Below are positions 12,421-29,178 of a stretch of 64,000 nt of DNA, in pieces. The stretch is from Tubiluchus corallicola. Lineage: Eukaryota; Animalia; Priapulida. Both the position numbers and the translations under genes were made by a program. The stretch lies in contig JAQGDQ010002384.1 in assembly GCA_030141605.1 (NCBI GenBank), forward strand, positions 124,001 through 188,000, written 5' to 3'. How positions within the stretch are numbered: the stretch's first letter is position 1; each line of letters opens with the position of its first letter. Below the pieces are notes generated by a model, which did no database searches, was not told the origin of the DNA, and saw nothing but the letters and a program-made list of their open reading frames with translations.

Positions 12421-12520
12421 CTATCAAGAGAAATTGCCACCAAAGTATACACAGATGTCGCCACCGACAAACCCTGAAGCCATGACACCAACTTGCATGG
12501 TATCATGCCGAACTGATAAC
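12421..12520 (-). CDS. GPCR exon 2B (ECL1-TM3), 100 nt
   Basis: tattatag|GTTATCAG...CTTGATAG|gtaagc. Translates (S)YQFGMIPCKLVSWLQGLSVATSVYTLVAISLDR, with the TM3 Cys and DR of DRY. Phase 1 in, phase 2 out. Confidence 0.92.
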
Positions 12521-14259
12521 CTATAATACAAAACACTCATGTTATAATAATAAACTAACAAAAATATCATTATGCATAAAACGATTATGCATAATTATAC
12601 ATAAATTATAACACTACATCAGCATAATTAATGTTAAACAATGCTAAACAATGTTAAACCCACAATAATTAATTAGCTATTGTCGTTGCTTATAGTTTTT
12701 GATCACATCAGTCAGTTAGGCACCTTCACAATAATTAATGTGTTTTAAAAAAATGTAAAACAAAAAGCAATTGTCACAATGCGATGTAATGTAAAATTTA
12801 TTTTAGTCGTAATTATAAGCACTGGGCAACTACATTACGACTGTAACAGTCAGTTACACAATAATAAGGCTTTCACAGTTTCGTTGTGCGCACGCGCAGT
12901 TGTTGTAGGTCGTAGGTTAAGTGTACCACAGCAACCCGTCGTATCTACAATCGTCACGTGACATGTGGGTAAAGTAAAGCCCAGTTCAGTAACGTCAGTG
13001 TTTTCGTGGACTTCACTTAACTGTGCAATAGTCTGTGCGGGATCTTGTTTGGGAACAAGAGAAAATGAATTAGAATTAATTACTAATCCAATAGCATGGA
13101 CTGCGAGGTGTGGTCAAGTGAACACAAATGCGTTGTCTGGTACATTTAACCTTTGACCTTTCCACGATCATCATCAATCGCTGGAACTGCGAAAAGGCTT
13201 ATTAACTGACTGTACAAGCTACTGCTATTACTATAGCTAATGCTGCTATAACTGCTACATTACCATTGCTATATAATAAACTAATTATATTAATTAATTA
13301 GCATAATTTAATTATTAGCAGTTTTCTGTATTAGTAATTATACCAATTAATCAGACCAACACTAGCAGTTAATTATCAGTATTATAATAATTCTCAATTG
13401 TTAAAACCTAATAACACTTATTATTATTATAAGGCATAATAATTCCGTTTTGTGCAATACAACACACAATTTAACAATTGCAGACTTATCATCATCAAGT
13501 TTACAAAAATCATGGCATGTAAATTCCCTGCTCACAAATAAAAAATTAAACACAGTTAATCATGCTTTTGTGTTTAAATTAATTGTATTTGCGGGCGCTT
13601 AGAACTGCAAGAATGTGTTGGTGACATGCAGTCCACTGCACCTACATGCAGTTTACATGCAGACACGTGACATGCATGCGATAGTTGTTCTGAAACGCAT
13701 AATAATTAATATGACGTTGAACGTTGGAGGTCTGTTTAATTTCTCGCAGCTTCAAAATGAAGCCATTAATTAGGTCGTCATTGCAGCACGATAAGTGCTC
13801 GGTTCAGCTAGAGATAATGACTTATCTTCATTATGTTAGTACGATGTGACGAAAATTACGTGTTTATTAAGCGAAAAACCATCACGCATACCGTAGATGT
13901 CAAAACCAGAAGTGCCCATTCTGAGAAAAGTAGGAAAAAATTATGGCAAATAATCATTTGCGGATGTCGTAGTAGCCAGTTAGTAAATGAATCAGCTACA
14001 CATAGTGATGATAACTGTTTATTTGGTATAATACAAAATGTAAAGGCATAACAACTCTTTTTGCAGTAGAACTTGAGTAAACACTTTTGTATCCAACTTA
14101 TACCTGATGTAAAAACTATACAACTGATTATGTTATAAAGTCACAATGATTGTATGTTAATGCATGCCCAGTTGGTTAATGGAATAAGTAGCATAAATAT
14201 GAACAATTCTGACAATTTCTCAGTCAAAAAAGCTTTTGTCGTTTTAACTTTAACACTCA

Positions 14260-14459
14260 TAGCTAGTTTATTGGACAACAAGCGTATTTTCTGTTGGGAG
14301 GTTGCGGGTTCGATACTACGGTGGGGTAATACAAACACTTTTTACGTGGCACCTGCCTGGGTGGATTAACGATTCTGTAATGTAGCTGTAGTTGTTATTT
14401 ACAGCCGCTGATAAACGCCTAGTGTTGTCTATTGAGTTTAAAACCATCTTTAAATAAAG

Positions 14460-14542
<83 letters not shown>

Positions 14543-14579
14543 TATTACTATTATTATTACTATTATTATTATTATTATA

Positions 14580-14652
<73 letters not shown>
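14260..14652 (+). mobile_element. tRNA-derived SINE with long (TAT)n tail
   Basis: B box GGTTCGATAC; 3' block tgtagctgtagttgttatttacagccg...tttaaataaagattattat shared with 61945-62170. Confidence 0.6.
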
Positions 14653-14653
<1 letters not shown>

Positions 14654-17520
14654 AAGAAAAGCAAGGCCCTCTAGGAAGTTGGGCTTATTTCAAAAATGTT
14701 AGAAAGATTTAGTAATAAAATTGCTATAAGTGCTTCGTGTAATTAGTAAAATCTCCTTAAAATCGCGATCATTTCACGGTTGGGCGCTGCTATTTTTAAG
14801 GCCTGTTCTTCCCCTAATGACATCGTTCATCAAAAGCAGCCCACTCTTATTTGCCGTCAAAACTGTAAGTTTTCATAAAAAATTATACAGCTAATTTTTT
14901 GATATTTTTGTTCGAACATTAGGTATGCTGCAGAAGCTTGAATTAGTTTATGCAGCGCGTGCTTACGGAAACTTACGATGCGCTTACGAAAAGTCACGAA
15001 GTCCACCAGTTACGCCACAATTTCAAGTGAACGGTGGCAACCACCGCGCCGGAAAATTTCAAATAAAGCGAAAGTAAAAATTAACTTTATGCTTTATAGA
15101 CAATTTTTGCAATTTTACTTCTTATATTTTTCTACATTTAGGTGATAGCAGTAAAATAAACCCAACATGCTAAGTGACTTGTCATTTCTTTAAAGAAAAT
15201 AAGCCTAAAGGTAAAGACGAATGATGAAATATGCTTAGCTTTAGCAGGCAGCAACTTTCTTACACAAACTGTCACTAATAACATGTATTGTTATGGTCAC
15301 AGCAGCCCCGAGCATTTCCTTTATTCGAGATTTAGTAAACTTCAGCGTTTCTTACGTCTGTTGAAAAGTGCAGATCGAAATCCATTACGCTTGTTTGATG
15401 CTTCAGCGGTGTGCCTTTTCTAATTCACTTATCAGTCTGAAGCAGCGGAAATAAATTATGAGGAAAAGTTTACGCGGTGTGACGACACAATTACAGAGTG
15501 AGTCCACAGAATGGTGATGCTGCGGTCAGTGATTCCCAGTCGTCCAAATATTTTTCTTGAAACAACCGGTGATTTTCACTGAGTTGGTTGTTCTGAGATG
15601 AGGGAAGCAGAACAGCCGAGTGGCCACGGCGTGTACTTCGCGAGCAAGGCTAAGCCACGCCAGGCAGATGAATCAATCACTTGTGACCGCTTGTGTTCCA
15701 TACTCTCTCTTGGCGGTTTCATTGGCCATACGAACTGTGGATGTTTACGTTCGAAGACTAGACGATTTGAGTGCAGTGAGATGCAGCCCCAGCCGATTCA
15801 GTCCAACCTCATCCTAGCAGGTTAACTTCGTAATGAGTCACAAGGTGCAGAACGGTATAAAAAATAAAATACTCTTGGTAAAATGGCAAAAGGCAAGAAG
15901 GTCTCAGCTGGCTTTGAACCAGGTGTCTTCAGGTACACAGGTACTGTTCTTGCTGTCATCGCGTAATTTTCGTTGATTTAAAAGTGAACTCGGTAGAACT
16001 GAGAAACTTTGGCCCACCTTACAGTGAGGAGCATTCCTTGGGGCATTCCTCATGGAACACATTGTTTTTTATGGCGCATTTCATACAGACGTCTCATGTG
16101 GAAATCAGATAAAAAAGTTTGGGATTCGTGAAAACAGTACGGATAGCAATCGCAGCACGAGTGGACCATTTGTGTGGCAAGTTAACCCCGTAGTTTAAGA
16201 AAAAACGAAACCAAAACCAGGTTTTGTTTAATTTTCTGCATTCTGAGTAAAACGTTCAAATTTTTGATTTTTACAAAAACATTGGCCTATGAACGTTTTA
16301 AACTGAATTCACTTTTTTTAGGAATGGTAGCCTATTTAAAAATGTACAACATAAATATTATTTTTGCCTAAAAGAAACGTCAATATGTGTACTTAGTTAT
16401 ACTTATAAAGCTTTTTCATAATATATTTACTTTTAGTCTAAGTATCATGATGTAGCCAACATTGTTACAATTGTGTTTTTGAAAGCGTCATTTTCCTTGC
16501 GTCCTCAGTGTGAAGTGGGCCTTAGGAATTTATGTTCACCACGATCAGTGTTCTATTTTTTCGTTTTTGTAGTTGTTGCTATGGTCACGTTGTTGTCGTC
16601 ATTGTCATCATCATCGTCATCGTCATCGGAGCCTTTCAGACGTTTAGACACTACAGAAAGCAACATCATTTATGGTGCTCTCAAACTACACATATTGGTA
16701 AAGGGGTAAAGTTGCACAGTTCACATCATGCCGAGATATTTTTGGTTTGAACTTGTCGTAAGTCGATAGATTGACGAACAAGAACGAAGACAACTCCTAT
16801 AGAAAGCGAATACAGCCGCCAGCGGCAATCTAGGATAAATATCCCCTTGGAATCACTTAAGCGAGCGCCGAAGTAACGCGCTCAGTAATATTTATTTTGG
16901 GCAATACATTTTAGCTTGTAATTAGCTGTTTCAAAAATGCCATCTGCAATCGTAATATAAGATAATACTGTAATTAAAAATGTAACATACGTATTTTGTG
17001 GAATACGTATACATTAGTGCTGGATCCTGCATGCAATAGCCGCTGCTACAAAGTATGAGAAGCATTTTCATGCACTAATTTAAAAATGTGGTAAAGGCAT
17101 GCTTATTATTCGTAATATATAATGCAGTGCCAGTGCTATACATGTATAAATAACAACCAAACGTACCCATTGCAGCAGAAAGCGGTAACTTGCAGACGGT
17201 GTACAACCATAATCTCATTGTCCAGGTAAAATAAAAAAAATCTGGAGCCATCCACAAACGCACGTCGAACAGCAATAAAAACCGAGGGTAGAAAAAAGGA
17301 ATGCAAACCAAAGCAATAGAAAGCACATAAGCACGAAACAGGTGCGAGCCACAACATCTAGATTAAAATGCGAAAAATTGTAGCATGTTCTGAAAAACTT
17401 GTAGGGGCTTTGTGACAGATATTTAACTATGGTGCAGGCTGTGTGTTTTTGCACCATCACAATTTTAAAAAGATGTAAAATAACCACATTTTAAAGTATA
17501 TCACACTTAATACGCAGGAT

Positions 17521-17755
17521 ACAAACGGAGGTGTACCACAAGGATCCACTGTAGGACAACTGCTTTTTCTTAGCTACATCAATGATCTCTTTCTTATTAC
17601 TGATTTCAGTACATATCTTTTTGCTGATGACAGACCCCTTAATCAAATCCATCCACTAATTCATTTCAGTTCCAACATCACAATAACAGAGAGCTAACTG
17701 GATAGAAGCATACAAATTATCAGCTAATTACACCAAAATTAAATATATGATACTA
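17521..17755 (+). mobile_element. CR1-group LINE RT fragment
   Basis: GVPQGSTVGQLLFLSYINDL...YLFADD; later W.EAYKLSANYTKIKYMI. Confidence 0.8.
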
Positions 17756-20700
17756 ATAAGCAGCAAAGGATGTCTCTATTGGTGATCGCAAGATGTAAGG
17801 CATTCGCAGTACGGAGCACAAAAATAATTGGGAACAGATGCCCCTGTACGGTAAGTAGGTGTTTGTCAGGTGATGGATTGACTTCAAAGCCTTAAATACA
17901 GTCAGTTAACTTACGATCTTATACAACTTACGTGCCCTCTTGGCTGGTTGCTCGTTGTAACTAAATTATCACTAAGCCCCCGGTTCATTTGTTCATGCTA
18001 TGTTTCAGTTTATTGCTTTCTTGCCTGCTTTATAAAACCTATGCGAGCGAATGCAGTAATAAGAAGCAAAAAAATTTGCGTTTTGCCAAAAATAGCTGAA
18101 CTAGCAGTGCTGAGCTATATGTAATAGCTTTTTATAGTAGCTATTTAAAACGCAAAATTCGCCCACATAAATGGGTCACTGCAAAATTTTATACAAGGTG
18201 TCTAAAAAGTCAGTTTTGTAATTTTCGTGTAATTTAAGCAGGATTTCAAGTTTCTAAAAGTAGCAATAAATTACTCAGGATCTTCGTTGGCTTCAAGCTA
18301 CAACCAAAGAGCGTGGACAAAAGAAGCTCGATTCTAAATTCAGCAAGATTGGTGGATACTGTTTGACAGAAAACTGAATTACCTGAAGAAAATTAAATTG
18401 CGTGAGGAATGGTAACGAAATCAAGTCTCTTCATACGCCAGAAATTATTGTGAAACGAAAATTTTCCAATAAAAATCAAGACGAGTTGATTCCACGACAG
18501 AATGGTATTTGGTCAATATTAGCTTTTTGTTGAACTGAGCTGTTTTGTTTTGCTTAAGTTATGCTGTTTAACATAAACAGGCTTTTCCACTGTTTTTTGG
18601 TACTCCAAAAATTTATAGCAACAATAGCTATTGTGATGACTTGCAATAGCTATTATACTAAAACTAACGCTTTATACACCGTGTATGCATAGCTATAATG
18701 AAACCTAAAGGTAAGAATAACAGGGTAGTAATCATTGCGCACATCAAAGTCATCCATAAAAGAAAGACCTATTATAACGTAGGTCAGAAAAGTATTGTAC
18801 ACATACTTAAAAGTGCAATAGAAGTAATCTTGGCAGGTTATACTGAAAGGTGCTAATAGTTATTATTATAAAATACTATTAAATGATATTTTATAATATC
18901 ATATATATATAATATAATATCGTCTTTGTTTGTTATTGTTTAGGTCATTAATTAAGTCTTGTCCATGTTGAGCTTAGCTCATAAGTTAATTTCTTCTACT
19001 ACGCTCATAGCACTGCAATGCAATGTTAATTTGTAATTGTATAACTTTTGTATTGTGCTAAATTGATGAATAAATTAATCTAAATCTAAATATGTTTTAT
19101 AAACGTACAGGTTAACCAACTAAAGTAGGTCCCCACTGGAGAGTGCTACGACACTCGTAGATTATTTCTACTAATGCCATCATGCATCAGGGATTTGTAA
19201 ATTTAAATTTACAGTTTGCTGTAAAAATATAGTCAACCATTGGGACAATGAGCAACTGAGCTGTATATACTTCTAGGCACGTGTAAGTGAAATAAACTGG
19301 GAACCATTAAAGTTTTTGCTCCTCTGTGTGTGTGTGTGTACTGTAGACAAGCATAGAAATAGAATTATCATTTTTGTGAAGCTCAGACGCTTCTGATGCA
19401 GATCTCATTTGAATTCAGAGACGTGACCGTATTTTGCAAAACAAAAAAAAACTAGCTGAAGAGTCGATACGTCGCTTAACCAAACGTCCACAAAGCAGTC
19501 AGTTGTCAATACTCGTCGGTTGTAGTCACACTGTAAGTTCCAATATATACTAAAATTATCATCGTCGTCGTCGTCGTCGCCATCGTTGTCATCACCACCA
19601 TCATAATCAATATTCACTACCATGTGGCACCGCAACTAACACAAACATCAACGCCAACAACACTATCATTGCCACTAACGCCCCATGACCTTATTCAGCC
19701 ACCATTTTTAATTTTGCTGTTTAAATTTTTAACACCAACGGCAGCTAGAATGTCAGCTGCATTCAGTACGATTTACTACACGATGTTCACAATATTATAA
19801 CGCTTTGTTTCACTCTCCTTTCATCAACCCTACACCTGGAGTTTAATACTTTCATCTGAACGCACTGATTATTTTAAATTACCACACTTGTGTAAAAGAT
19901 CACGTTTCTGTGACAGACTTGATTGTATGGTAAAGCGAGCGAGTCATCGTTTAATCATGACACCTGAGGCATGGCAGTGATTAAAAGAATTGTCAGTAGT
20001 AGAACTAAAAATCATAATAAAGGTCATTCTCACAGAAGCACAATGGGGAAAATAATTATACTGCAAGTCTGTAATTTGAGTGAAAGTCAGATTCAAATGT
20101 AAAGATGAATGATCATTGTTATCTATGTATAGTATTAAATGTTGACTTCATGGTTGTTGATGTTGGCACAGCAGTTGCTGCTGCTGCTGCTGCTGCTGCT
20201 GCCCTACTTTTGCTGCTCCTGTTCCTGTTGTTTTTTGCTGTTACTGCCGTTGTTGCTGTTGCTGTAATATTCTGGAATTTGTGATTAAGTACGAACGTAT
20301 TGCCAATGTCTAACTCGCTTTTGTACTAGAAATATTCAATCTGGGTGATGTACCAGACAGGCTGATGAAGTAGCTGTTATTGTTGGTGTTGCTGTTGTTT
20401 CTAAAATTCTATTTCAACTGCCTTTTTATAAATTTTGACGTCATTTTATGTCACAGTTTTCTGAAATTCTGTCCCTATAACAATTCTGCTTTTGCCGCTG
20501 ATTTGCGCAAATCTTCATTGAAACGCCGCCTGGTGACAGTAATCATCAGCTGTCATTGGCACGGCCTTTGTTGTCATTATTCTTGAGTGACACTACAACA
20601 AGTCTACATAAGCCAAAAAAAATCTAAGTCCAAAAATGTATTAGAATGCGCAGTTAAGTGACGTTTCGTTCGAAATTCAAAAATTTTACATAATTCTAAT

Positions 20701-20939
20701 AAAATACCTCCTAGTGTGCATCATTCGTAGATAGATGTTGAAAATCCAAACTTGTTAGACATCTTATATGTAAAACCAAATTACCTGCAACACGTTTTAG
20801 TCATTGTGGTGACGTTTTTACTGACAGCAGCAAAGGACACAGTGAAGCGGAATTTAGTGATGGCAGTGGCGTTTGCTGCAATGATTATAATGAAACTAGG
20901 GTAACAGTGATAATTACGATGATGACGACGATGGTGATA

Positions 20940-20947
20940 TAATAATA

Positions 20948-20996
<49 letters not shown>

Positions 20997-21053
20997 CGAT
21001 GATGATGACGACGACGACGATGATAATGATGATGATGATGATGATGATGATAA
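20940..21053. repeat. (GAT)n microsatellite
   Basis: Direct reading. Confidence 0.95.
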
Positions 21054-21307
21054 CATAGTGATTTACATAATACATGTTATTGTAGCCTTAGTTCTGCTTA
21101 AGAATCACACTTTGCCAATGAATGCCGCTATCCCTCTATTATTCATAATATCATTGCGATTGCTGTTATGGTTTCTCCTAAAAGCTGTATTTTATTAAAA
21201 TAAATTCATAACCTCGTACTACTCAAATTATTTTATTATAAATTTATAGATGTGTCTGATGTTGTATTCTTTGATGTGTGGAAATAAATTCATAGTCATA
21301 ATCATAG

Positions 21308-21850
<543 letters not shown>

Positions 21851-22715
21851 AATGGTAATGCTGCTAACGATAAAGATGGCGATGTGGCAGTGGTTAAGAT
21901 AACGACTGAAATTTATGACACTTATTACAAATATCATATCACTTAGTTTAAGGGAATCAAACTGTGCTTAAAGCGAACATTTCCTAAGAAGGGCAGGACT
22001 AACCTGCCCCGCTAATGCCCTATACGGTTTTAAGCAATATAGGATTTTGCGGTTATTGTCTTACGTGATTGCCGAAAAAATTTCTCCTAGGCGGCCTCCC
22101 AGGGAACTCGGATTTCAGTGTTCAATAATCATTTCAACGCAACCTATTACGGCAAATTTCTATCATAATTTCTTAACGTTAAATGATTTATATTTGACAT
22201 TTTGCGATATAAATCCCAAACGACTACACTGACAATAGACGTTCAAAATCACCTTGGATTTTGATTGTAATACAATCTTTGCACAGTAACTTCATATGTT
22301 TTTACCCAAAATTGACATTAGAATATTATAATATAATTTTATCGCTGCAAACTGACAGTATTTAGACACTCCTTCTAGAAGTGAAAATTGCTAGACATCT
22401 TTGAGCGAAATATATGAAGAAGAACAGGTGGAAGAACAAGAAAAAGAACAAAAAATGAAGGAAGAGAAGGAGAAGGAGGGCTGGTCTTATATATGCAACT
22501 GAGGAAGCGCAGGGGTAGATGGTTACGGTAGAGCCCTCTTCCCTCCTCCCATAGCAAGTAAGTAAGATCTTTATTTACCATAACAAATAATCGTAGCAAA
22601 TAATTAAGAAACCTAATCAGTGAATGTTTTAAAAAACATACACTGTTAGAGGCAAATGAGACAATGGAAAAGCTAAACTACACGTACAAATAACAAAACA
22701 GAACTTTAAACTTAA

Positions 22716-23253
22716 AGGAAGACAGGATGATTTTTCATATACCACCCCATTTTCAAGTCTGATAAAACGTGTACATTTTAACACAATTAATACTGCAAAA
22801 GCGTTTCTGATAATTAAATAATAGATTAAAAACTTAGATCCCAACTATTGATGACAGACACAAACTAACATAATTTTCAACAACAAAAATATTCGACGAG
22901 CGTGTTGCACGTGTTGGCGAAAGCGAAAATTGAACTGCAGTACTACCGTAAGATATTCAGAATTTCAAATTTACCGTTGTGCTCACGCATGAGCTGTCGA
23001 ACGTGTGTAGTTCGTCACAAACTAACACATCTGAACTGAGAGGTACAGCACCTGTTTTTGTGCAATGCGTTTCTAAAATGCAGGCGCTAGTGCCTCTCTA
23101 ACTAGCGAATGGCGAAATGCGTGTAACAGCGAAGAACTAGTATCAAAAATGTGAAATTGTGTTTGTGTTGTAATAACTCTAGTACGTTTCCTTTCAATAT
23201 TTTAAAGAATAGACTATTTTGACCTACAGTTTAAGATTGGGTCCGAATTTGCT
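22716..23253 (+). mobile_element. Non-autonomous Kolobok/T2-type MITE, family K1
   Basis: TTAA|AGGAAGACAGGATGATTTTTC ... TTGGGTCCGAATTTGCT|TTAA; body shared with four other copies. Confidence 0.75.
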
Positions 23254-24276
23254 TTAAACTTTACATATTAACAAACTGACTAAGATCAGGTATTGAATTA
23301 AAAATGAGTAGTCCTAGAAACACGACCAGAAAGATCTGTTCATGTGGAACATGACTAGTAAATTCCCAACACAAGTGGGAGTCGAACCCAAAACCTTTGA
23401 ATCAGCACACATAGAAAGACGACCACTGCAAATTACTGTAAATAAATTTGATAAATAAAATAAACGAATTTGCAGATAAATACATAGAGCTTACAAAGAA
23501 CACACTTTTGACTCCTGTTCGTTTATCTGCCGCCATCTTGTTGCAGACAAAGTTTGCTGGTATATCCCTCCAGTGACCCTGTGTTTCCACAAATTTCCCT
23601 TCTTTTTGTGGGAACAGCGGGAAAAATTGCTATTTAAATTTTGCGGCAATGGCGGCATTTCTATACACATTGATTGAGTTGAAATTTTAAATTATAAATT
23701 AATTCATAATTTAAGCGTTTGTTGATTATTCAGCGGTAGATCAAGAATTACTGGACATTTAAGAGAAATTAAACTTGGCACGATTACTGCGCCATTTTCA
23801 GTCATTTTTCCTTTGTAAATAATTAGTCTTGTAAACAGAAATTCATCGACGTTTCGTTTCACGTTCAATGTCGCTAAATTTCTGTTAAATTTCTGTTAAA
23901 AAGAATAATAATTGCAACTGAGGTATACATTATGGGTATGCATATGGCCTTATATTTATTTTCTTAATACTAATGCCATTTTGACTTGGAATATTTGCCC
24001 ATTGGACTATACATTTACTAACCTTTTTTTAAATGTTTAGCTTACTAATCCTCTGTTCTTTGTGGAAATATTTATTTTATTTGTCATGCAGTAAATGTCC
24101 TAAATAGTGATTTTTAATTAAGCTTTGTTTATTGCATTTGTTTATTGTTTGTTTGTGGCATTTATTGTAGTATTAAAACACAAGGATTGTCAATAATTAC
24201 TTTATGAGATCAGATCTATTAAACTAAGCAAAATGACAAATTTTCTTTTTAACGATGCCAAGAAGCCTACAAAGCA

Positions 24277-24680
24277 TCCACCACCACCATCATCCAATGA
24301 ATCACACGTCCAGGGACATGATTCTGCTCACCTCTCTATGCCAGGTCTCCCTGCTCGCCGCAGTGCCCCAAGTGCATTTATTTCTAAGGATCAATGCTGA
24401 AGTGTTTAAATCTTTCTGTGCAAAATCTAAATATGTTAACATTTGTCCCCTGCAGGTTTTTTAGCTGGTTCTATGGCTTGTTGAAGAGCTATCTTCACTG
24501 GAATATCATCAGGTAGTCTAAACATATGCCCAATCCATCTTAAACGGCGTCTTTTTATTTTTCTTGTCCAAGGTTCTTCTTTTATTTTTTTCATATAGAT
24601 CTTTGTTTGAAATTTTCTTTGGCCATCTAATACCCAAAATGTTTCTGTAATTTCGCCTTTGAAACACATCGATTTCAAAA
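24277..24680 (-). mobile_element. RTE-clade LINE 3' fragment
   Basis: IDVFQRRNYRNILGIRWPKKISNKDLY, frameshift, IKRRRLRWIGHMFRLPDDIPVKIAL; (TGG)n tail. Confidence 0.8.
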
Positions 24681-25887
24681 TACGGCCACTCTTTCACTGC
24701 GCCAAAACAATGGTACAAATCTTTTTGATTGCCGAAAGTCACTAAATCACTCACATTCAACTCAATTTATTCACACCTATTGTGAACTGAAATATACGTA
24801 AAATAAATAAAAATACATAGGATGTTTAAAAAATAAAGATATAGTGTTAGTTTCTTGCTTGAAATAGGTTTCAATTGCTTCTATTCGTGTTTCCGGAAGC
24901 TTAGTGCGTTTTCATTTCATTTGATAAGTAAAAGTATGTAAATATGTTAAAAAAAACTCATTTCTGGTATTTACTGGTTTCGATACAGTAAGTTTATACA
25001 GCCAAATTCGCTTGTGCAATTGAATAGAATTGATTCACGCGATTTCACGTTGTATATCACGCAATAAAAACTGTTTGTTTTGTCATTTATCTTGTATGTC
25101 TGAAATTGTTTCAACAAATTTTAAATCTCCATCAGAGCATACATTAATCAAAACGTCAAGGACCAATTATAGAAGTATTTACACTCTAAATCATCATCAT
25201 CATATGCCCATTACGTCTATTGTGTCTCTATTGCAGAACTCTAAAATAAAAGAAATCTTCTCTCAAGACAGGTAAACGCAGCAGTAATCAAGCAAAAAAC
25301 TAGATACTGCTATGCCAGTGACTTGTCAGTGATCGAAATAACACAATATGGAATATCTTCAAAATACTGAAATGGAAAAGCTTTATTGATTTGTTACTTT
25401 TTGAACGCTCTGCCTTTATCACAACTCGATGACTTTAGCCAATCAAAACAAAGTCATTTTCTCATAACTAATAAAAAGAATAAATTCATGTCCAGGACGT
25501 TTTGCGCGTCTGAAACGACGCAGGCAGTTTTGCAAGACGTTTTAATACTTTTCCTCCTTTGAAGTCCGTCTCCTGTGGAATTTATAGTTCGCTTAATTGA
25601 GAAGTTGTTTGTATATGGTCTGCATACTGTAATAAATTTCCTTATTCAACTAAACTCCATGTTAAATTGTTTCGCAATTTCTACTAGCGCAGCATCAAAA
25701 TAAATTGCGTATATTTTTTGCACGTACAATAATTCAAGAGAGTTGCAGCGTCGTTATATTTCTGCATGAGGAATTCATCTAAACAGATAAGTATTAGAAC
25801 GCAATTTATGCGGTGAAATTGTTTACATCTTATAACTTTAATCGTCGTCGCCATCGCCGCCACAAGAGATGCCAAAGAAGAGCGCAC

Positions 25888-26727
<840 letters not shown>

Positions 26728-27254
26728 TTAAATAACCGTTTCCAACGTTTGACCGCACGCTAAGCATGACAGGTTTGATGAAACGTAAGGCTTCCGCCAA
26801 GGTATAAAATTTAAGAAAATTAATCATCACTGAAAACCAATTCGACTAAAGGTTCTAAAATTTTATTAAAACTGATGAGATGTTGAACTAATTGAAAAAG
26901 GGGAACACATATAAATGTTCACCGCTATCTAATAGACTTCTGAAACAACTAAAAACTTCACAAGCTTCCCTGTTACGGGCGTCACGTGACAGTCTGTACT
27001 TGTTACTTGCATGATATGATGACGTTCACGGTGACATTCGTCGACAAGCACTGAACCGAACGTGTGCTTACAGACATCCCATAACTAAAGCCCTGAGGAG
27101 CTCGCAAATTCTGAATTAAAGTATATATACGTATTTGGCAGGAAAACGAAAAATTTTTGCAAACTATAAACCGCATTCAGTGAATTTGCAAAATACTGCA
27201 GCTTTCTTTGATACTTATTTAAGACCCATCAGACTTTCTGTTTTCATTATATAT

Positions 27255-27495
<241 letters not shown>

Positions 27496-27581
27496 TACAT
27501 TTGTTTATTTATTTACTATTTTATTTATACTTTTAAACTAGTTTCCGAAGCTGGCAGGTCTTTCAAAAGAATAAACAGAAA

Positions 27582-27860
27582 TAGCTCAATCGGCTGCAAG
27601 CTGTTTTTCCATGTCGAAGGTTGCCGGTTCAATTCCGCGTTTAGCAGTTAGCTTAAAGCAGTTAGAAATAAAAACAATGTTTACTGGAACTTTCTTCATG
27701 TATTGAACAAACAGGGTCAAGTTTCTGCAACACAGAAAAAAGGTTAACTCCACCCAGCGAATATAACGACGCATATATGCTTCACCCAGGTATATCAGCC
27801 CGTCGGCTACATAGTGAGACGGGGAGATGGAGACATTAACCCAGACAATCTAGAACCTGT
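27582..27860 (+). mobile_element. Degenerate tRNA-derived SINE
   Basis: TAGCTCAATCGG (A box) ... GGTTCAATTCC (B box). Confidence 0.45.
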
Positions 27861-28029
27861 AGTTGCTCAATGGCTGGAACCATGTACTCTGTGTGTGTCA
27901 TATAATCGCTCATCTTAGACAACTACCTAAATATTCTGACATCGACACATCATCGCTGACATCAATATTAGCACATAATGATACCGCTAAACAAGTGGAA
28001 AATGTACATAGATGTTCGTTGTTATTTAG

Positions 28030-28465
28030 TTTAAAAATAATTTATTATAGGATTGGATCAGACAGTTTGAACAACATTATTTAGGATCCTCATCACAACA
28101 GACTTTATACACTATTTACAAAAACATTTACAGTAAGAATAGACTATAACTACACAAGCTGACAAGTTTTACTACAAGATTACATTAGACATTAGTAGAA
28201 AATGACGGTTAGAAAATATTAATGTACGAATATTTAAGACTGATGCATTTCATATCAGATAGAAACTACTGGAAGCGTTTAGTACGTAATATAAAGTCAT
28301 GTAGGCATTGGAATATTGTACAGTTAGCAACATAGTTAAGTTCATCTTTTCCGAATAATAACAATTTCAACAGATCATTAGTTCCTAAGGCAGCTATATT
28401 AAGGTTGTCGGGCAGAAGTTGCTATTTCAGCGAATGCCTTTGTATATTTAGACATACGAAAACTA
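28030..28465 (-). mobile_element. CR1-group LINE 3' end
   Basis: ...LLKLLLFGKDELNYVANCTIFQCLHDFILRTKRFQ*, followed by an AT-rich UTR. Confidence 0.65.
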
Positions 28466-28953
28466 TTTTGCATTACTATTGTATAATATTGCTGCGTATA
28501 ATAGTACTTGCATTTTGCTAAAAGTGTTTTTTAATATGCACCCAGTTTGCATTTACGTGACGTCACTGATGTAGCAGTAAGGAACATGCCTTGTTACGAA
28601 CTTCTTACAGCTACCTTGCAATTTGTAATTTTATTATAATTTTGTTGGTCAATAAATTACATACATACGTAGGTAAGTGACGCCCGCAGCATTTTTGATA
28701 CGCCACAAATTGCGTAACGTGCAATTTGCGCATGTACATTAAGTGCATTACTAAAATAACGCAAATGGATTATAAGGTAATTTCGATGCCATTTATGGCA
28801 AAACAGAAAGCCTATGCTTGCGGCAGGCTAGTGTTAACAATTTTGAAGTAATTCGACGTAAAATTTTAACATTTATGAAAATGTCGGTCTAATTAACTTA
28901 ATTTATACAAGCGAACAAAAACATAACTTGAGGAAATGAGTTAAAGTGTTAAT

Positions 28954-29178
<225 letters not shown>

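Noticed and set aside
15598-15825. GC-richer segment with short ORFs
   Set aside because: No recognisable protein, RNA or splice structure.
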